A stretch of DNA of 63,489 nucleotides, filler included, from Folioceros fuciformis (Eukaryota): assembly GCA_049999805.1 (NCBI GenBank). It is 6 parts of 5 records of this genome, joined end to end, with 100 filler letters (N's around TTAATTAATTAA, not from the genome) between each part and the next. Parts side by side here need not be neighbours in the genome. Positions count along the whole stretch, not along the records: positions 1 to 9,090 come from JBNGIO010004587.1; positions 9,191 to 19,474 come from JBNGIO010004588.1; 4 more parts are not named here. One strand, 5' to 3'. Shown in pieces: positions 1 through 13,075 of the stretch. The notes under the pieces are model-generated. The model had not been told where the DNA came from. It did not search any database and saw only the letters and a program-made list of their open reading frames with translations. The position numbers and the translations under genes were made by a program. The stretch's first letter is position 1. Every line of letters begins with the position of its first letter.

Positions 1-2
1 AG

Positions 3-287
3 GGCAGGAGAGAGGAAGAGCAGAACAACAGAGGCGTGAGTGAGGGAGCAGAGAGCGCCAAGGCCAGTGCCAGGGCCGCAGAAGTTCCTCGCAACGAAAA
101 TGAACTGGTGGAAGACGATTTCAGGTCTGCAGGGGGCAGGGCTGCCGACGAAGATGATGCTGCAGGTGGTGGTGAGGGGAAGGGGGTGATCGGAAGGCCT
201 CTCCTTATGACGGGGATTGTTCTGGGAGTGTCTGCAATTGTAGGCGTCGTCTTTAGCGTCGCTCGCCGCAGGAAGGAAGCTTACTAG
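3..287 (+). CDS. 3' end of an unknown protein with a C-terminal transmembrane tail anchor (partial, runs off the window start)
   Basis: The frame is open from base 3. An acidic/Ala-Gly-rich segment is followed by a hydrophobic helix (LLMTGIVLGVSAIVGVVFSVA), a basic tail RRRKEAY and TAG. Confidence 0.55.
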   Translation, partial: GRREEEQNNRGVSEGAESAKASARAAEVPRNENELVEDDFRSAGGRAADEDDAAGGGEGKGVIGRPLLMTGIVLGVSAIVGVVFSVARRRKEAY

Positions 288-1257
288 CTTGCAAGCAACT
301 GGCTGCTCCAAACCTTGAGAGCTCTCTTGGTTTTCAGCTTTATGTTCCACAGTTATTTGTAAAAAATATCCGTTAACGTGTACTATTGCATCACAACAGC
401 TAAGATATGGTGTGCACTTCCTCTACTAAGACCTCGAGATTGTAAACACTTCCTCCCATTGTCTGGAACTCTCCATTGAAAGGCATGTCGGCGAGACTAA
501 GTCTTTCACTGAGGCAAAGCAAAATAATGTGACGGGAGAGTCCACGCCTTCCACTCTTGCCAACTTGTACTGCCACATGGACGTGATATAATTCAGAGAT
601 GCATCAGCTTAAAGTTCAAGCACAGTTACGAGTGCTGCACAGTAGCAAATGTGAATCGTGGAAGTAGGTGATGGAAACTCCAATCGCTAGAAATGTGAGC
701 CGAGGCAGCAGGAGTGTTCCACAAAGTTCAGTTATATGTCTCGTGCTTTGTCTGGCACTTCATTTAAGGTAGGCAGCGTGGCGCTCTGTCCCAGACTTCC
801 TTCGCCCACTCCTCCGCTGCTTTGTGTGGTTTCCTCTTCCCGCTTTGGATCCGATCACCCTGTCAAGCTGCATCATCCCAACAAAGTTTGGGGATACCTG
901 GATCGCACACATGGGTGACATGTCGTTAACCAACAAAACTATTCAGAACCGTACCAGGCAATAGCGCTGGCGCGGTATCAGGACCATGACAACCGGAGCT
1001 AGCGGTGGCATCAGACTGGAAAGCGTATCACTCAGTTGAGCAGAAGTGAGGGGCAGACACGGTTGTGCAAGTTTAGGGACATTGACAAGCATTAGTATTC
1101 CAAGCCAGTTTAACTGGACAGCCACAGGCTAGGCATGCGTATGCTCATGGGTGAGTGGACAGTGGTTGTCGAATTCAAATCAGTGGTTCTCAGAAGGATG
1201 GGTTGCTAGTGGCCCACCTGACATGACTTCAGATCCTCCACAGCATTACTATTCTGT

Positions 1258-2515
1258 TCAGTCTCCAACATAACGAGGAGGGCTGGGCCAACGGATATGG
1301 TCCTGTTGATCTTCCTCTTCGGTGAAATCTCGGTCTCCATCGATCTCAACTTGTAGGGCGATAGCTGTGGACGGCAGCTCCCACGACTCTCGCCGCTGCC
1401 AGTCTATGTCCGCATGGTGCAAACCAGGTCGAGGTTCGTCGGCAGGCGCAGGGAGATTATTGTGTATTGCATGTTGTCTCGCCAGTGCCGCAGACAGAGC
1501 CTCTTGGGCCGCAGAATCATCCCACAGCCGGATGCGTTCCCTCTTTTGTCTGGTTAAAAACGGTGTCCCTGTGTCGTCGTCCCGGGTCGTGCCAACCTGA
1601 TGCACTGCAGAGAATGGCAACCCAACTATATCCGCAGTAAGTTAAATCTCAATGCATTGCCAACAAATGCATCGTCAACCGAGACAGCCTGTATCCAACG
1701 AATCCACTTAACGCGGCCCTGCCTTATTCGGTCGCTTGCAAAAAACACAGCACAGGAACGCACCGACATGGCTTGGACGCCTGACAGGAGGATCTATATC
1801 CATATCCGCATCCGCATCCGGAGAAGTTGAGCAATTCTTAGACAAGAGTCTCGTCATTTCGCCGTCCTCGCTGCCCGACACAGTCACACACCCCTTGAGT
1901 ACCACACTCAACGCGCCAACGGGACCGCCGGCTCAATTCACACTTCAAATACAAGCAAAGACGAATCAAACGCATCAGCATCCATTAGCTCGTAAGATTA
2001 GGCGATTCGCGATTCGAAATCGGGTCATGGCCAGCATGAACGGTAGAGCAGACGAGGAGAGCACGCGTGAGGCACACTCCGAATCCCCACCGGTAAGAGG
2101 AAATGTACCAGGAGGAAGGGCCTCTACGGTGATTGCAACTAGGCGGGGATAGCGTGCCAACAGGCCAAGTGTCGTGTTCACGATCCAGCCCAATTTGGCT
2201 GGAGGCAAGAATTGATGGATTCAGGCAATTCCGTAGAGGCGGACAGCTGACTTCCCCCAGTGAGCGCGAGCGGCCAGGGATCGGGATCGAAGCCGCCGTG
2301 AGTTGGGATGGATAAGTGCGACGGGTAGAGATCACTTGCGGAACGATTCCTTCCTCCTTGGGCAATTCGTTGGACATCCTCCTCCTCTTTGGGCATAGTT
2401 GTGCGCCTGCTTCCCTTCTCTTCGATTCTCTTGCCCCCGCTTCTTCAGAATCTCTTGCAATCATCGTCGGTGGCGCTGGCTGGCTTGTGATGTTGTTCTG
2501 TTGGCCATCTGACAT
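1258..2515 (-). CDS. Uncharacterised plant 'WDDS-IDW' family protein, paralogue A (multi-exon, exon limits approximate, possibly truncated)
   Basis: Exon ~1258-1597 reads WDDSAAQEALSAALARQHAI...PRPGLHHADIDWQRRE, matching paralogue B. The upstream exon motif NPSILASSQIGLDRE matches NPAILEARTTGVDRE of paralogue B, also at DNA level. Confidence 0.55.
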
Positions 2516-3629
2516 TCGAGCTTCCAGCCGTGTCGCTGTTATATATTCGCAACAGCTGGTCACCGTGGCCTCACGGCTTCCCTGGCGCGACTCGGATCGT
2601 CTCCTAACGGGCCTCACCGGTCCAACCCAAACGCACGCTTAACTTTGAATTAATTTCAGCGTATTAATCATTTTATTTTATTTTATTTTGGTAGATAATA
2701 AATCTTAATTTTGTTATGTTTTGTTTGCCTCTTCGTTCTTAAGTTGCGTGCTAATAATCTTAGGTTTACTATACTTGATTTTGACAAAGTTTACGAATTA
2801 ATGTCATATTATCTGGACCTAAAGTGGATATGCTATGTATTTAATGGTTACAATAATAATGTAATAATGAAGTATATATTTTATATAATAAATTTTATAT
2901 TCTGTATAATAATATTCAATCATATTACTTTATGTTTAACATATGTATAAAGGTTTATTATTTATTCGAGCAATATATCAACTTAGGTTATATGTTAAGT
3001 TTCACATTGATGATTGTACTATTTAAAAAGTTTCTACTCAAGATATTGTTGCTTTAGGCCAACCATTTGGAAGATTATATAAGTTAGATTGTAAGTATTG
3101 TACACTAGCAGTATTATAACAATAATTATGGCAATTCCACTTCGGTCATGTGTACTTAGGAAAAGATGATGGAAGTGTTCTTTTACTATAGATTTTATGT
3201 CCCTCCCTTACACAATTATTTCCTTTATTCTGATTATATTTTTTTTAAATATGGACAAAAGATCTTTTCTATTCATCTTAACACAATTTGGCATCAACCA
3301 CTATAACTACCACTATATTGGTAGTGGTAACTAGACCCTTTCTTCTTTGGACCATGATATTTCAAGTGCTTTTGGTAGCCATGGAGTTAGCCCTTGTATC
3401 TCAATCATACTTTACCTACCTACTTCCCAGGTAATTGGTTATTCTATCTTATTTTTCTAAAATAAATAGTCCATAAATTAAAACTCACAATTGGGTTCCA
3501 TATTTGATATTTTTATACCTCCTTCAAGGGTTTTCATGTTTGGTTTCTTTCAAATAAGTAAAATCCTAAACCCTTAATAATACTGAAATTTTTTAAATAA
3601 TATTCTGATAATCTCACACTAGTCAGCAA

Positions 3630-3766
3630 CTTAAGTTATTGAGTACAAACAATGCAGCTTAACTGATTGAGTACAAACAATGCGACTTAAGCTATTGAGT
3701 ACAAACAATGTGACTTAAGTTATTGAGTACAAACAATGTAGCTTAAGTGATTGAGTACAAACAATG
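3630..3766. repeat. 28-bp tandem minisatellite, about 5 copies (CTTAAGTTATTGAGTACAAACAATGCAG-like)
   Basis: Units start at 3630, 3658, 3686, 3714 and 3742 with no unique spacers. Confidence 0.9.
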
Positions 3767-5690
3767 GTGGTGAAAATATCAAAAGTTGGGAGCAATTGGT
3801 AATAATTATGGAGATCACCTAAAATCTCAATGTGTGAAAAAAAAATATAGGATGAAAAAACGAAAACTAGATTACTAAGAGCATTATCATTAGGAACATT
3901 GTCATAATGAAAGCAGGTTTCTCATAATGGAAGCAGGTTCTAAAATCTCAATTGATGTCGGTAGTAAAGAAGAAAATTGATAAAACATGATAATAATTTC
4001 ACAATTTTGTAGGTAGGTCAAGAGTTATATATCACATAACTAGATAGTTTAAGAGTTATGTAACACATAACAAGTTCGCATGGACTTTTCAAATATAGCG
4101 ACTATAGCAGCTACCACTTGGTGCGCATACTACATCAACTTGACAACCTTGGCTGCCTTCAACTCCGAAAAAGAATGCAGCATAGTCAAAGAAAAAACAA
4201 CAAAGTCAAAACGAGAAAACAAGAGCAGCAAAGTTTAANNNNNNNNNNNNNNNNNNNNNNNNNNNNNNNNNNNNNNNNNNNNNNNNNNNNNNNNNNNNNN
4301 NNNNNNNNNNNNNNNNNNNNNNNNNNNNNNNNNNNNNNGCAAAGTTTAAAAAAGCAAAAACGAAAAAAAGAAGAAAAAAGGGGCGCAGAAACAAGAAAGT
4401 CAAATGTGGTACGGCGGGGTTACAAGAAAGTCAAATGTGGTACGGCGGGGTTACGAGGCAGCTGGTTTCGGGAATCTAGCTGCAGATGCCCTAAACCCGT
4501 GGGAGCTTATGAAAGGCCGCTTGCCTGCAACAACCTCAAGGCTCAGCTCATCAAGGAGTCGAAGGCAACTATGAGCGTCATAGGGGCATTGCTTTTCTTG
4601 TTTAGCATTTCCTGGTAGAGGAAGTGGTCTCTTTTGGTAGAGGTACTGAAGAGGTCACAGCCTCCTCCGAATCCGGAGACTATAGGAGTATGTACATGTT
4701 ATGGACGATCCCAACATCATTCTCTGAATCCAAAGAAAATCAGAGAATGACATTTAGTTCGACATACACCATGCGTGCTATTAGTGGTCGTTCACAATAG
4801 CCAAAACAGGAGCTGCAAGGTTGTTAACAGTATGCCATACACCCACCTGTCGCGCACGAGCATATCCCGGTCTAGCCTCCCTACAACGGTCACATGTCTA
4901 TCGTGAGAAGATTGGACCATTGCCTCCCCAGTGCGACTGTGTCCCTGGCATACACTTGTCCGCGGTTGAAACGCAGGCATGCATTTTATCCCGGGCTGAC
5001 AGAGCAAACGTCTTTTTTGCTCTTCAACCCACACTGGTAACCAGGGTCCCGTTCCACATCGCTCATTACTGCCCACCGCCAATGCCGGAACTGCCCATAC
5101 CTGGGGGGAGGGGAGGAAAATTGTTGGACGACAATCCGCTTTGCTGTCACCAGGCCCCGGAGTACATAGAGATGCAGGTGTTGCATAGACCACTTCATGA
5201 ATCTATTTCTGCTGTGTAAAATTGTACACGCGGGAAAGATGATAGCACAGTCTGCTCACAAGTCTCAACCCCAAAGTTGGCAGAACAAAGAATTTGTAGA
5301 CTCAATACTCGACTCAATGGGATCAATCAGTCCCAACATCATCGTCGTTCATCGCAACTCCATGTCAATCAGTATCAGTACTTTATCAGTAATTTGTAAT
5401 GAATGCACACCACAGTCGCTTCCCCTAACCTGTTCGCCAGAGTACTATGTAGTAGTAGGATAGGCTCCATGTGATCGTAGATGACAATAAGAAAGCCTTG
5501 ATGTTACCCGAAGCCAGACCTCAGGCATGACTGCTTGTAGCTCCTCTGCGAGGCCCTTTGCCACTAAAATAGGCCGTCCCACTGTGCTTGTATACGAAAC
5601 ATGGCAATACTGACATCAAGTGATGCTGATGCTGAGCAAAGTGCATCCCATGGCATAAACAGCTCTCAACCGCACCATCACCAGCTAAGA

Positions 5691-7612
5691 TTAGGAGTGA
5701 ACTCCTCGGCTATGAGTGATATTGGCGACAGGCTGCCACTTCTGCTTGCAGACCTTGCAAGACCGAGCTTTCGCCTTCCCCCGATCCCGAACATCACTGC
5801 CATTATGCCTGTTGGTCTTTCGTCTACTCCTCCGCTGCTCGCCATGAAAATTCCCTTCCCAAGGGGAGTGTGGAGCTTCATATCTGCAGCCACCTGAAAA
5901 GCATAAGACACGTTAGCGTCCGCAACAAAGGTACGAAACAGACGGGAAAGCAGCACAATTGCCAGAAGGATGAACGGTGCACCACCTACGTGATAAGCCT
6001 TGAGAACTACGATCTGTCCAGGCTCCAACGGTACTAGGAGGTGAGGATTTCTCCACGGGAACATCACCCCAGCCAGTAGGAACAATAAGTGTATCACCCA
6101 ACCCAGAAGTAACATGAGGCGCATAACCCCACCCAGTAGTAACATGAGGTGCATCAGCCCACGCAGTGGGAACATGAGGTGCATCAGCCCACGCAGTGGG
6201 AACATGAGGTGCTTCAGCCCATCCAGTGGGAACATGAGGTGCTTCACCCCACCCATTGGCAACATGAGGTGCTTCACCCCACCCATTGGCAACATGAGGT
6301 GCTTCCCCCCAACCAGTAGCAACATGAGGTGCTTCGCCCCAACCAGTAGCAACATGAGGTGCTTCGCCCCAACCAGTAGCAACATGAGGTGGATCACCCC
6401 AGAGCACAGGTGACCCCTGGAGAAGACCCTCAGTTTTGAACTCCTGACTTCGGTCATAAGCACGAAACTCGTAGCTACGATGGCGAGCATCCTGGTTCTT
6501 CCACTTGCCGTAGCTGTTGCCACCAGTGCTGTTACGCCGCTTTTCCTCCATGGCAGCTAAGCTATCAGCCGACTCCGGCACATCCAATATCTCTCGCTGC
6601 TCCCAGTCGATGTGCGCCAGGTACATACCAGGCCTAGGTAAAAAGGAACGCCAATGAAGACCCTGCTCCATGGCCCGCTGTCTCGTCTCTGCTAAAGCCA
6701 GCGCCTCCAAGGCCCCAGAATCATCCCACTGCATTATGTTTTCAAAGTCCTCATAGGACGTGTCCCTCTGGTAGCTGATGGAGGGAATGTCCCAGTCGAC
6801 AGCCGAGGCCCCTGCATGCGCAGGAAAATGTGAAATGCGTTCCGCCACCACACATGCATGCATCACACAAGAGTGGTTGGCAAAGGAAAGAGCACCTACC
6901 GACTTGACGCGCCTCCCAGGGGTCCCTGCATGCATCAAAATCTGCCCTGTGCCTCATTTCTGTGCCTGCGTTGCCTGCGAAGCGAAAGCCCTTACACTAC
7001 CGCACTCAACCCGCCGTCACTAAAACCAATTGTCTGTCCAATTGCCGCTTGAATCGCAAGCGGTGCGCCGCAGACAGTTTTGCAACCTGAAAGACACAGG
7101 AAAACAGCAGAAGGACAAGCGTCATGAGCTCCAAATAACCGACCGACCGCACACCAAATCGTTTCCACCATTCAATCAAGCATAACCTGGGAGCATTCCT
7201 CACAGGAGGCGGAGCGTGAGGAGAGGCAAGCATAGATACCAGGAAGAAGCGTAATTGTGGCAATTCCACCACAGGCCGTAATCGCCTCCGCCACCTCCCT
7301 CAATTCACGATCCACGCCAGTTGTGCGGGCCTCAAGAATGGCCGGATTGCGGCGGCGGGTGGCAATTGCGTAGCTGGGGTTCGGCACGAGGGAGGAGGNN
7401 NNNNNNNNNNNNNNNNNNNNNNNNNNNNNNNNNNNNNNNNNNNNNNNNNNNNNNNNNNNNNNNNNNNNNNNNNNNNNNNNNNNNNNNNNNNNNNNNNNGG
7501 GGAAGGAGATGGCGGAGAGCTGGGGTTGTGGCAGGGAGCGGCGAGCGGAGAGGCTGCAAAATGCAGGACACGGAGCGGCGGCCGGCAGAAATGCCCGGGC
7601 CGTCTTTGGCAT
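5691..7612 (-). CDS. Uncharacterised plant 'WDDS-IDW' family protein, paralogue B, with C-terminal GW/WG decapeptide repeats
   Basis: The main exon (~5990-6811) encodes WDDSGALEALALAETRQRA...LPRPGMYLAHIDWEQRE followed by (xTGWGEAPHV)n. Predicted intron 5894-5989 (GTAGGT...TTTCAG) joins a final exon 5691-5893 ending in TAA. 5' exons and the start are uncertain because of the N gap at 7399-7498. Confidence 0.7.
6050..6410 (-). repeat. 30-bp coding tandem repeat, about 12 units, encoding [AP][TN]GWGEAPHV
   Basis: AACATGAGGTGC... recurs with a 30-bp period on the + strand and is in frame in ORF 5913..6938. Confidence 0.95.
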
Positions 7613-8950
7613 TCGAGGCGCGCGGGAGCCAAGGGGAAGAGCGATGAGAGGAACTCCTACCATCCAGGCTGTTGAGATGCCAGCCTTATATACTCACGCC
7701 AGACACGGCTGAAAATGGGGGAGAGATCCAGATCCCGGAACTGGAGCCGGCCAGCGGCGGCAGCTACGTTTGGGCCAGGAAAGGAAAGCGTAAACTATTC
7801 TGGCGCTGCGGTGTCTTTCAAACGCACGGTGTGCTGTGTTGTGGAGTGGCGCGGTGTGATGTGGTGCGCTGTGCTGTGCTGTGCTGTGTTCCGTCGTTCA
7901 TCCTTCCGTTTAGTAATCTGCTCTCTCCTCTATCTATCCTTCAATAAAGTATTATGAGATCGTGAAACACATATATGTACAGTACTAGAGAGTTCAAACA
8001 TTAGCATCAATATTATATCCAACGCAATATGAGATACAAGATGCACAAGACTTGTTAAAGGTGCTTGGTTTCGATCATTTGGGGGAATGAAAAAAATTAA
8101 GCTACATATTGAGGTATGATGCTATCTTCTTACTTGACTTGTCTTTCTCTAGTTAATTGGGATTAGGTTTAATTTATATCGTCAGCTGTTGTGGGATTGA
8201 TGCCTAATTAACTGTCATAAAATAAAAAGAAATTAGAGCAGTAATAATCTCACATAAAAGAAATGACATACCACCAGGTAATCAAACAAAAAGTAAAATT
8301 AATCTAGATTCATTAAGATTTTTCTGTATAGTGTTGTAAAATAATCACCACTCCTATTAATGGGCAATGGTGTAAAATAATTAATTGAAACTAGGCTCAT
8401 CTTAGCGAGCTTGGTTGCATTGTTCTAATGAACTCATGTTTTGAGTCCACTTAGTTCTCCTTTTGCATTGGATTATAATATTATTTATTATTTTAATTTA
8501 ATAATATATTTTAAGAAATTCTCTCACAAGAAAAAGAAGCTCCCTCCTGTATGTACAAACACAGGTAACACATACGTTCCTTCAAAAGATCGCGAGGGGG
8601 AAAAAGAAGGACCAGAATGTGCCTCCGTTGGCAAGAATGATTCCGTTACATGGATGTTACATGTCTGTATGTACAGTGCACCTCCATTCCATCCGTCCGT
8701 CCGGATTTGAAAGCCAAAGCCAGCAGAACCGTACGCCGTAATCTCGCTGACAATGAGTGGGGCCCGCCATCAAGAAAGCACCTTGCGGCAAGGCGAAGGC
8801 CTTGGACGAGGCACCCAGTTCATGATCCCATCCGGTTTACAGTTCGCTCTGCACTGATTGCCAATGCACTGCCCCCTGCACGGCACAACGCCATTTGACT
8901 TTATATCGTTTTCTATTCACTCTACTCAACCCGCAGAAGCAGCCACGCAG

Positions 8951-9050
8951 GCCAAGGAGACGCGCTGTCATTGAAGCCAAGGAGACGCGCTGCCATTGAA
9001 GCCCAGGAGACGCGCTGCCATTGAAGTCCAGGAGACGCGCTGTTATCAAA
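8951..9050. repeat. 25-bp tandem repeat x4 (GCCAAGGAGACGCGCTGCCATTGAA)
   Basis: Directly visible near the scaffold end. Confidence 0.9.
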
Positions 9051-9090
9051 GAGACGAGACCCAGATTTTCTCGCCAGGCAGAGATGGAGG

Positions 9091-9190
9091 NNNNNNNNNN
9101 NNNNNNNNNNNNNNNNNNNNNNNNNNNNNNNNNNTTAATTAATTAANNNNNNNNNNNNNNNNNNNNNNNNNNNNNNNNNNNNNNNNNNNN
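9091..9190. other. Artificial scaffold-joining linker (N44-TTAATTAATTAA-N44)
   Basis: An all-frame stop spacer embedded in Ns; the same structure occurs five times. Confidence 0.97.
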
Positions 9191-10419
9191 AACTCGACGA
9201 CAGTGTGGGAACCGGGAGAGTTGCTGAAATCTGCCATATTCACGGGTCCAGACTTGCTTCAGGGCGGAGTGAAAGTTCAGAGCTGGCATCCTGGCCTACA
9301 GATGAAGAAGTCAGGGACGACGTTACAACGATGTCAAGCTTTCCAGCGCTCTACTAACCGAGAATGTCACCGCTGTACCAGGGACCTTCACCGTCCACCC
9401 AATCTTGGTAGAAGAAGTTGTTGGGCGGTAACCTCCATCCGTAATCGTATCCCACGGGCACTTCCCTTGCCTGAATGTTCGCCAGGAAGTGACCAAGCGA
9501 GGAAGCCAAAGCCAGGATCTGGAGCAGCCATTGTTGCGTAGCACTTGTTCTGGGCCTCAAAGTTGCACACTCTCCACACTTCACCATTTGGATTGCGAGT
9601 ACAAACCAAGCTCACGCGTCGAGCCTGGATATGCTGGCTGGCTTGCAGTAGAGGATGTCTGTGTGCTGCGAATGCGCTTGCTCTTATTTTGTGCTAACAG
9701 CTCCACCTGATACACGATGTATTTTTAGTGTGCAAACTCATCTATGTTTGGTGAAAACCTTACCCACTTGGCATCCTGCCAGTTGTCGCCTGCTATGGAG
9801 CATGTCGTTCCGTAGCACCTACGAGGCAGCCAGCCCTATCCACGAGGAAGGATTTTTTAATAGGGTAGCAATAGATATGTTCCATTCATGCACCCACTGG
9901 AAATGCAGATACACTTCCAGTGGGTTTGAGAAGAACATAATGCACTTCCCACAGCTTGTAGAGCGTGATGTATCCAGGGACGGGCTCTTGCTGTTTGCTG
10001 AACCTTTTCGGCTGGTCTGGTGGTACGCAAAGTTCTCACAAAATGACGTGGATTTCTTGAGGACAGATGAACTGTAGATCTGATCAATTTTGGTATGTGG
10101 CTGTCGTCCCTGAAACAGTCGCGGGGTACTTGAATAGCATCTCGTCTCTGCAATAATCTTCGCCTAAACAGCGCAGCCTATGAGAGCAGGTGTCAATGTT
10201 TGGGGGAAGGAGAATCCTGTGCTGCAAAAATCTCAAGATTTGCAGCACTGGGCAAGTAAAACATCTTTCGGAGAATGGCATGTAAAGCGCCCATCTTTCT
10301 GAGATGTTCATACTTGCAAATCTGAATTGCTTAATCCTACTCTCAATTGCTTAGGAAATTGTTGGGTTGCCCTCATATCTTGCCTCTCTGATGACAAAGT
10401 GCTGAGCTGTGGCAGTGGT

Positions 10420-12580
10420 TCAGACAGTGGTAATAAGAGCAGCTTCTTCCTCAGCTGCGAGATCTGCGGTAGTCGCAACTGTTTTGTACGTGTACCTGCG
10501 GGCAAAGAATATGAAGAAAGATAGGTTGATGGCGCTCAATCCTGCCAGAAGCCAGTAGAAGTAGTCTAAGTGGCATCTGTTCAGGTTGTTCACGATCCAG
10601 GGGACTTGGCTGCCTCTGCCCGTAATGCTGTTGGTGACTGTGATGATGAAGCTGCTGAGGAAGGATCCGAACCCGGTGATGCTGAGGCAAAAGGCAGTGC
10701 CCAGACTGCGCATATGGTCTGGGGCTTGGTCGTAGAAGAATTCCAGCTGACCGACGATGGTGAGGGAGTCCGCAATTCCTCCGACCACGTATTGCGGGAT
10801 TAGCCAGAAGATGCTCATAGGGAGGAAGTCGTCGGGTCGGTCTAGCATGTCATTCTCGGTTGCTACTTTGAGGCGCCTGATCTCTGTTGCCGCAGCAAGT
10901 GCCATGGATATGATTGCCAGAAACATGCCAGCTCCCATGCGTTGGAGTTGGGAGAGTCCGCGGGGGTTGTTGGTGAACTTGCGGAATATGGGAATGAGGA
11001 ATTTGCCATACATGAAGGTTGTGATCATCAGGGCAAGACAGTTGAATAAGGTGAAGGAGGCAGCAGGGATGGTGAAGTTCGGGCCTAACCGCCCGTCCAG
11101 AGTACTAGCTTGGCGGGTGAAGAAGGTGAGAGTTTGGGCATAGACCGTCTGGAACAACAAGTTGGTTGCCCAGATTGGAATCATTCTGACGAACAGTTTG
11201 ATCTCCTCCACCTGGGTCAGGGTGCTCAGCCGCCAGCGACTGATAGTCTCATCCTTGTTGTCTAACCTACTGGTGCCATCAGGTTCGATGGCGGCCTTGT
11301 CAAGGGATCTACAACACAGAAGAGCAATGTGTGCTCGGGGTGTGAGTGAGCGATGATGCGCACTACTGACGACGACAGCTTCCACAGACATCTGAGGTTG
11401 GGAGGGTGATGAAATGAACTTCACCTCAATGAGTCTGTGTGTCGTAATTTTCTTCTGCCAGCGTCGACATAACTTTGTGTAGGCTCCTCGTGCAGCAAGG
11501 ACACGTTGGATGGAAGTGGAACTCTCCACTTCGATATGGCAGCAACGATGACCTGAGCAAATTGGGTGAGAGGACTTCCTTGTGGCAACTTGTGCCTGTA
11601 GAGAGGAGTGCCTGCCAGGAATGATAGTATCGCGAGTCCCATGCCGGCTGTTACTAAGCCATAGCCCCAGCCCCAGCCAACGTTGTCCTGGATGTACACA
11701 ACGACAGTTACAGAGAACAGAACACCAGCTGCTATGCCGCAGTACCACAAGTGGAAGAAGGAGTACTTGTTTGCCTTCTCTTCCTCGTGATCTTCGTCGA
11801 ATTGGTCTGCCCCAAGTGAGCAGACACAGGGCTTGATGCCTCCTGTTCCGACGGTAATCATGTACAGGGAAAAGTAGAAGACTGCAAATTGCCACGTCGA
11901 AGCTCTTGGACAAGGAGACGATAAGTGAGCACATTGAGGTGGCTTCAAAGATGGCAGTGATACAGCGACGGTCAACATGATTCCTCCCTGAAACAGAAGA
12001 TTTTAAGCTATGGTCAGAGCAGTGGACCTTACACTACGGACAGAAGAATGCAGATTTGAAGACATGCAAAGGCGTGATGTTCACCAGTAAGTGAGCGATC
12101 GAGCCGGCAATGACAGTCCAGTAACGGCCCCAGTAGGTATCGGCGATGAAGCCGCCTAACAGGGGGGTGAAGAAAGCAACCCCACTCCAGTAATTCACAT
12201 GTTTGGCGGACTCATCAAGCCCCTCGTGCAGCTCTTCCGCCAGGTATGTAACCAAGTTCGAGGCAAACCCGTAGAATGCAATTCGTTCTGCTACTTCCAT
12301 ACCTGTGAGACAGATTTCTTGTCAATCACTGTTCTCAATGTTTAATCTTACAAACATGAAAAGCTACTGGCCATGCATGTCAGTTGCGGAAAAGCATGGG
12401 TGTGTGCCAAGGCTTACTGAACAGGGGAAAGCATGCCTTCCATCCTCCTGTCGTCACTCTCCTGACAGGGCTACCATGGAGGTCCACTGACCCATCTGCT
12501 ACCACCTCATCAGACTCAGAATGGAGCAACCTATCCTTCAATCTGCCCTCCCCTCCATGCTTGACCTCATCCCGAGTCAT
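10420..12580 (-). CDS. NRT1/PTR family (NPF) transporter, copy 1 (4 exons)
   Basis: Motifs DGSVDLHG..TGGWKAC, EVAERIAFYG (ExxER), GTGGIKPCVCSLGADQFDE, TQVEEIK, IFWLIPQY, GQLEFFYDQAPDHMRS, LDYFYWLL; three GT-AG introns. Confidence 0.95.
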
Positions 12581-13075
12581 CGTTTTGAGGAAGTGAGGAA
12601 AGAAATCACCTATCAAACCAGTCACTGCCCACCCCCCCTTCCCCACAGCCACGGTATTCAGCTATCCAGAATTTTATCCCCCTTCACGGAAGACCGACCG
12701 CAGCAGCCTGTCTGCCCAACCAACATAGCTTTGATAGTCTCCTGCACAAGGTCCACAAGAATGAGCAGACAGACCCGCTCATCTTTCATCCTCATAGGTC
12801 CCTTAACAGGAAACAGAGGGGCATCTTAGATTCCACGCCTCATGGCACCTTCTAATATATTCTGCGTAATTGGGCGTCCAGCCATGACAGCCGGCAGAGG
12901 TAGAAGCTTGACACTCGTCGCCCGTTTTTGCACCCAGCAACTAACGTGAGAACCAATGGGTTTACCGACACATCACTCGCCTCCTCTTAACACCTTATCA
13001 AGTGCCTCTCCGTTAGGACCGGAAATAATTGCCTACCGGATTTCGACACCTATCTGACACGACTAACGACACTCA

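Noticed and set aside
3630-3766. 28-bp repeats as a CRISPR array (also the 25-bp and 41-bp arrays at 8951 and 63281)
   Set aside because: Units are contiguous with no unique spacers, there are no cas genes, and the context is eukaryotic.
4450-5600. Short ORFs between the two paralogues
   Set aside because: No recognisable motifs or coherent exon structure.
5678-6523. Hydrophobic repeat ORF (HLMLLLVGAK)n and antisense (NMRCF..)n ORF
   Set aside because: These are alternative frames of the 30-bp repeat; the GW frame is the one continuous with the conserved domain.
9191-10311. Protein-like fragments on the minus strand (e.g. GYDYGWRLPPNNFFYQDW)
   Set aside because: Multiple stops and no recognisable family or consistent splice model; unresolved without a search.
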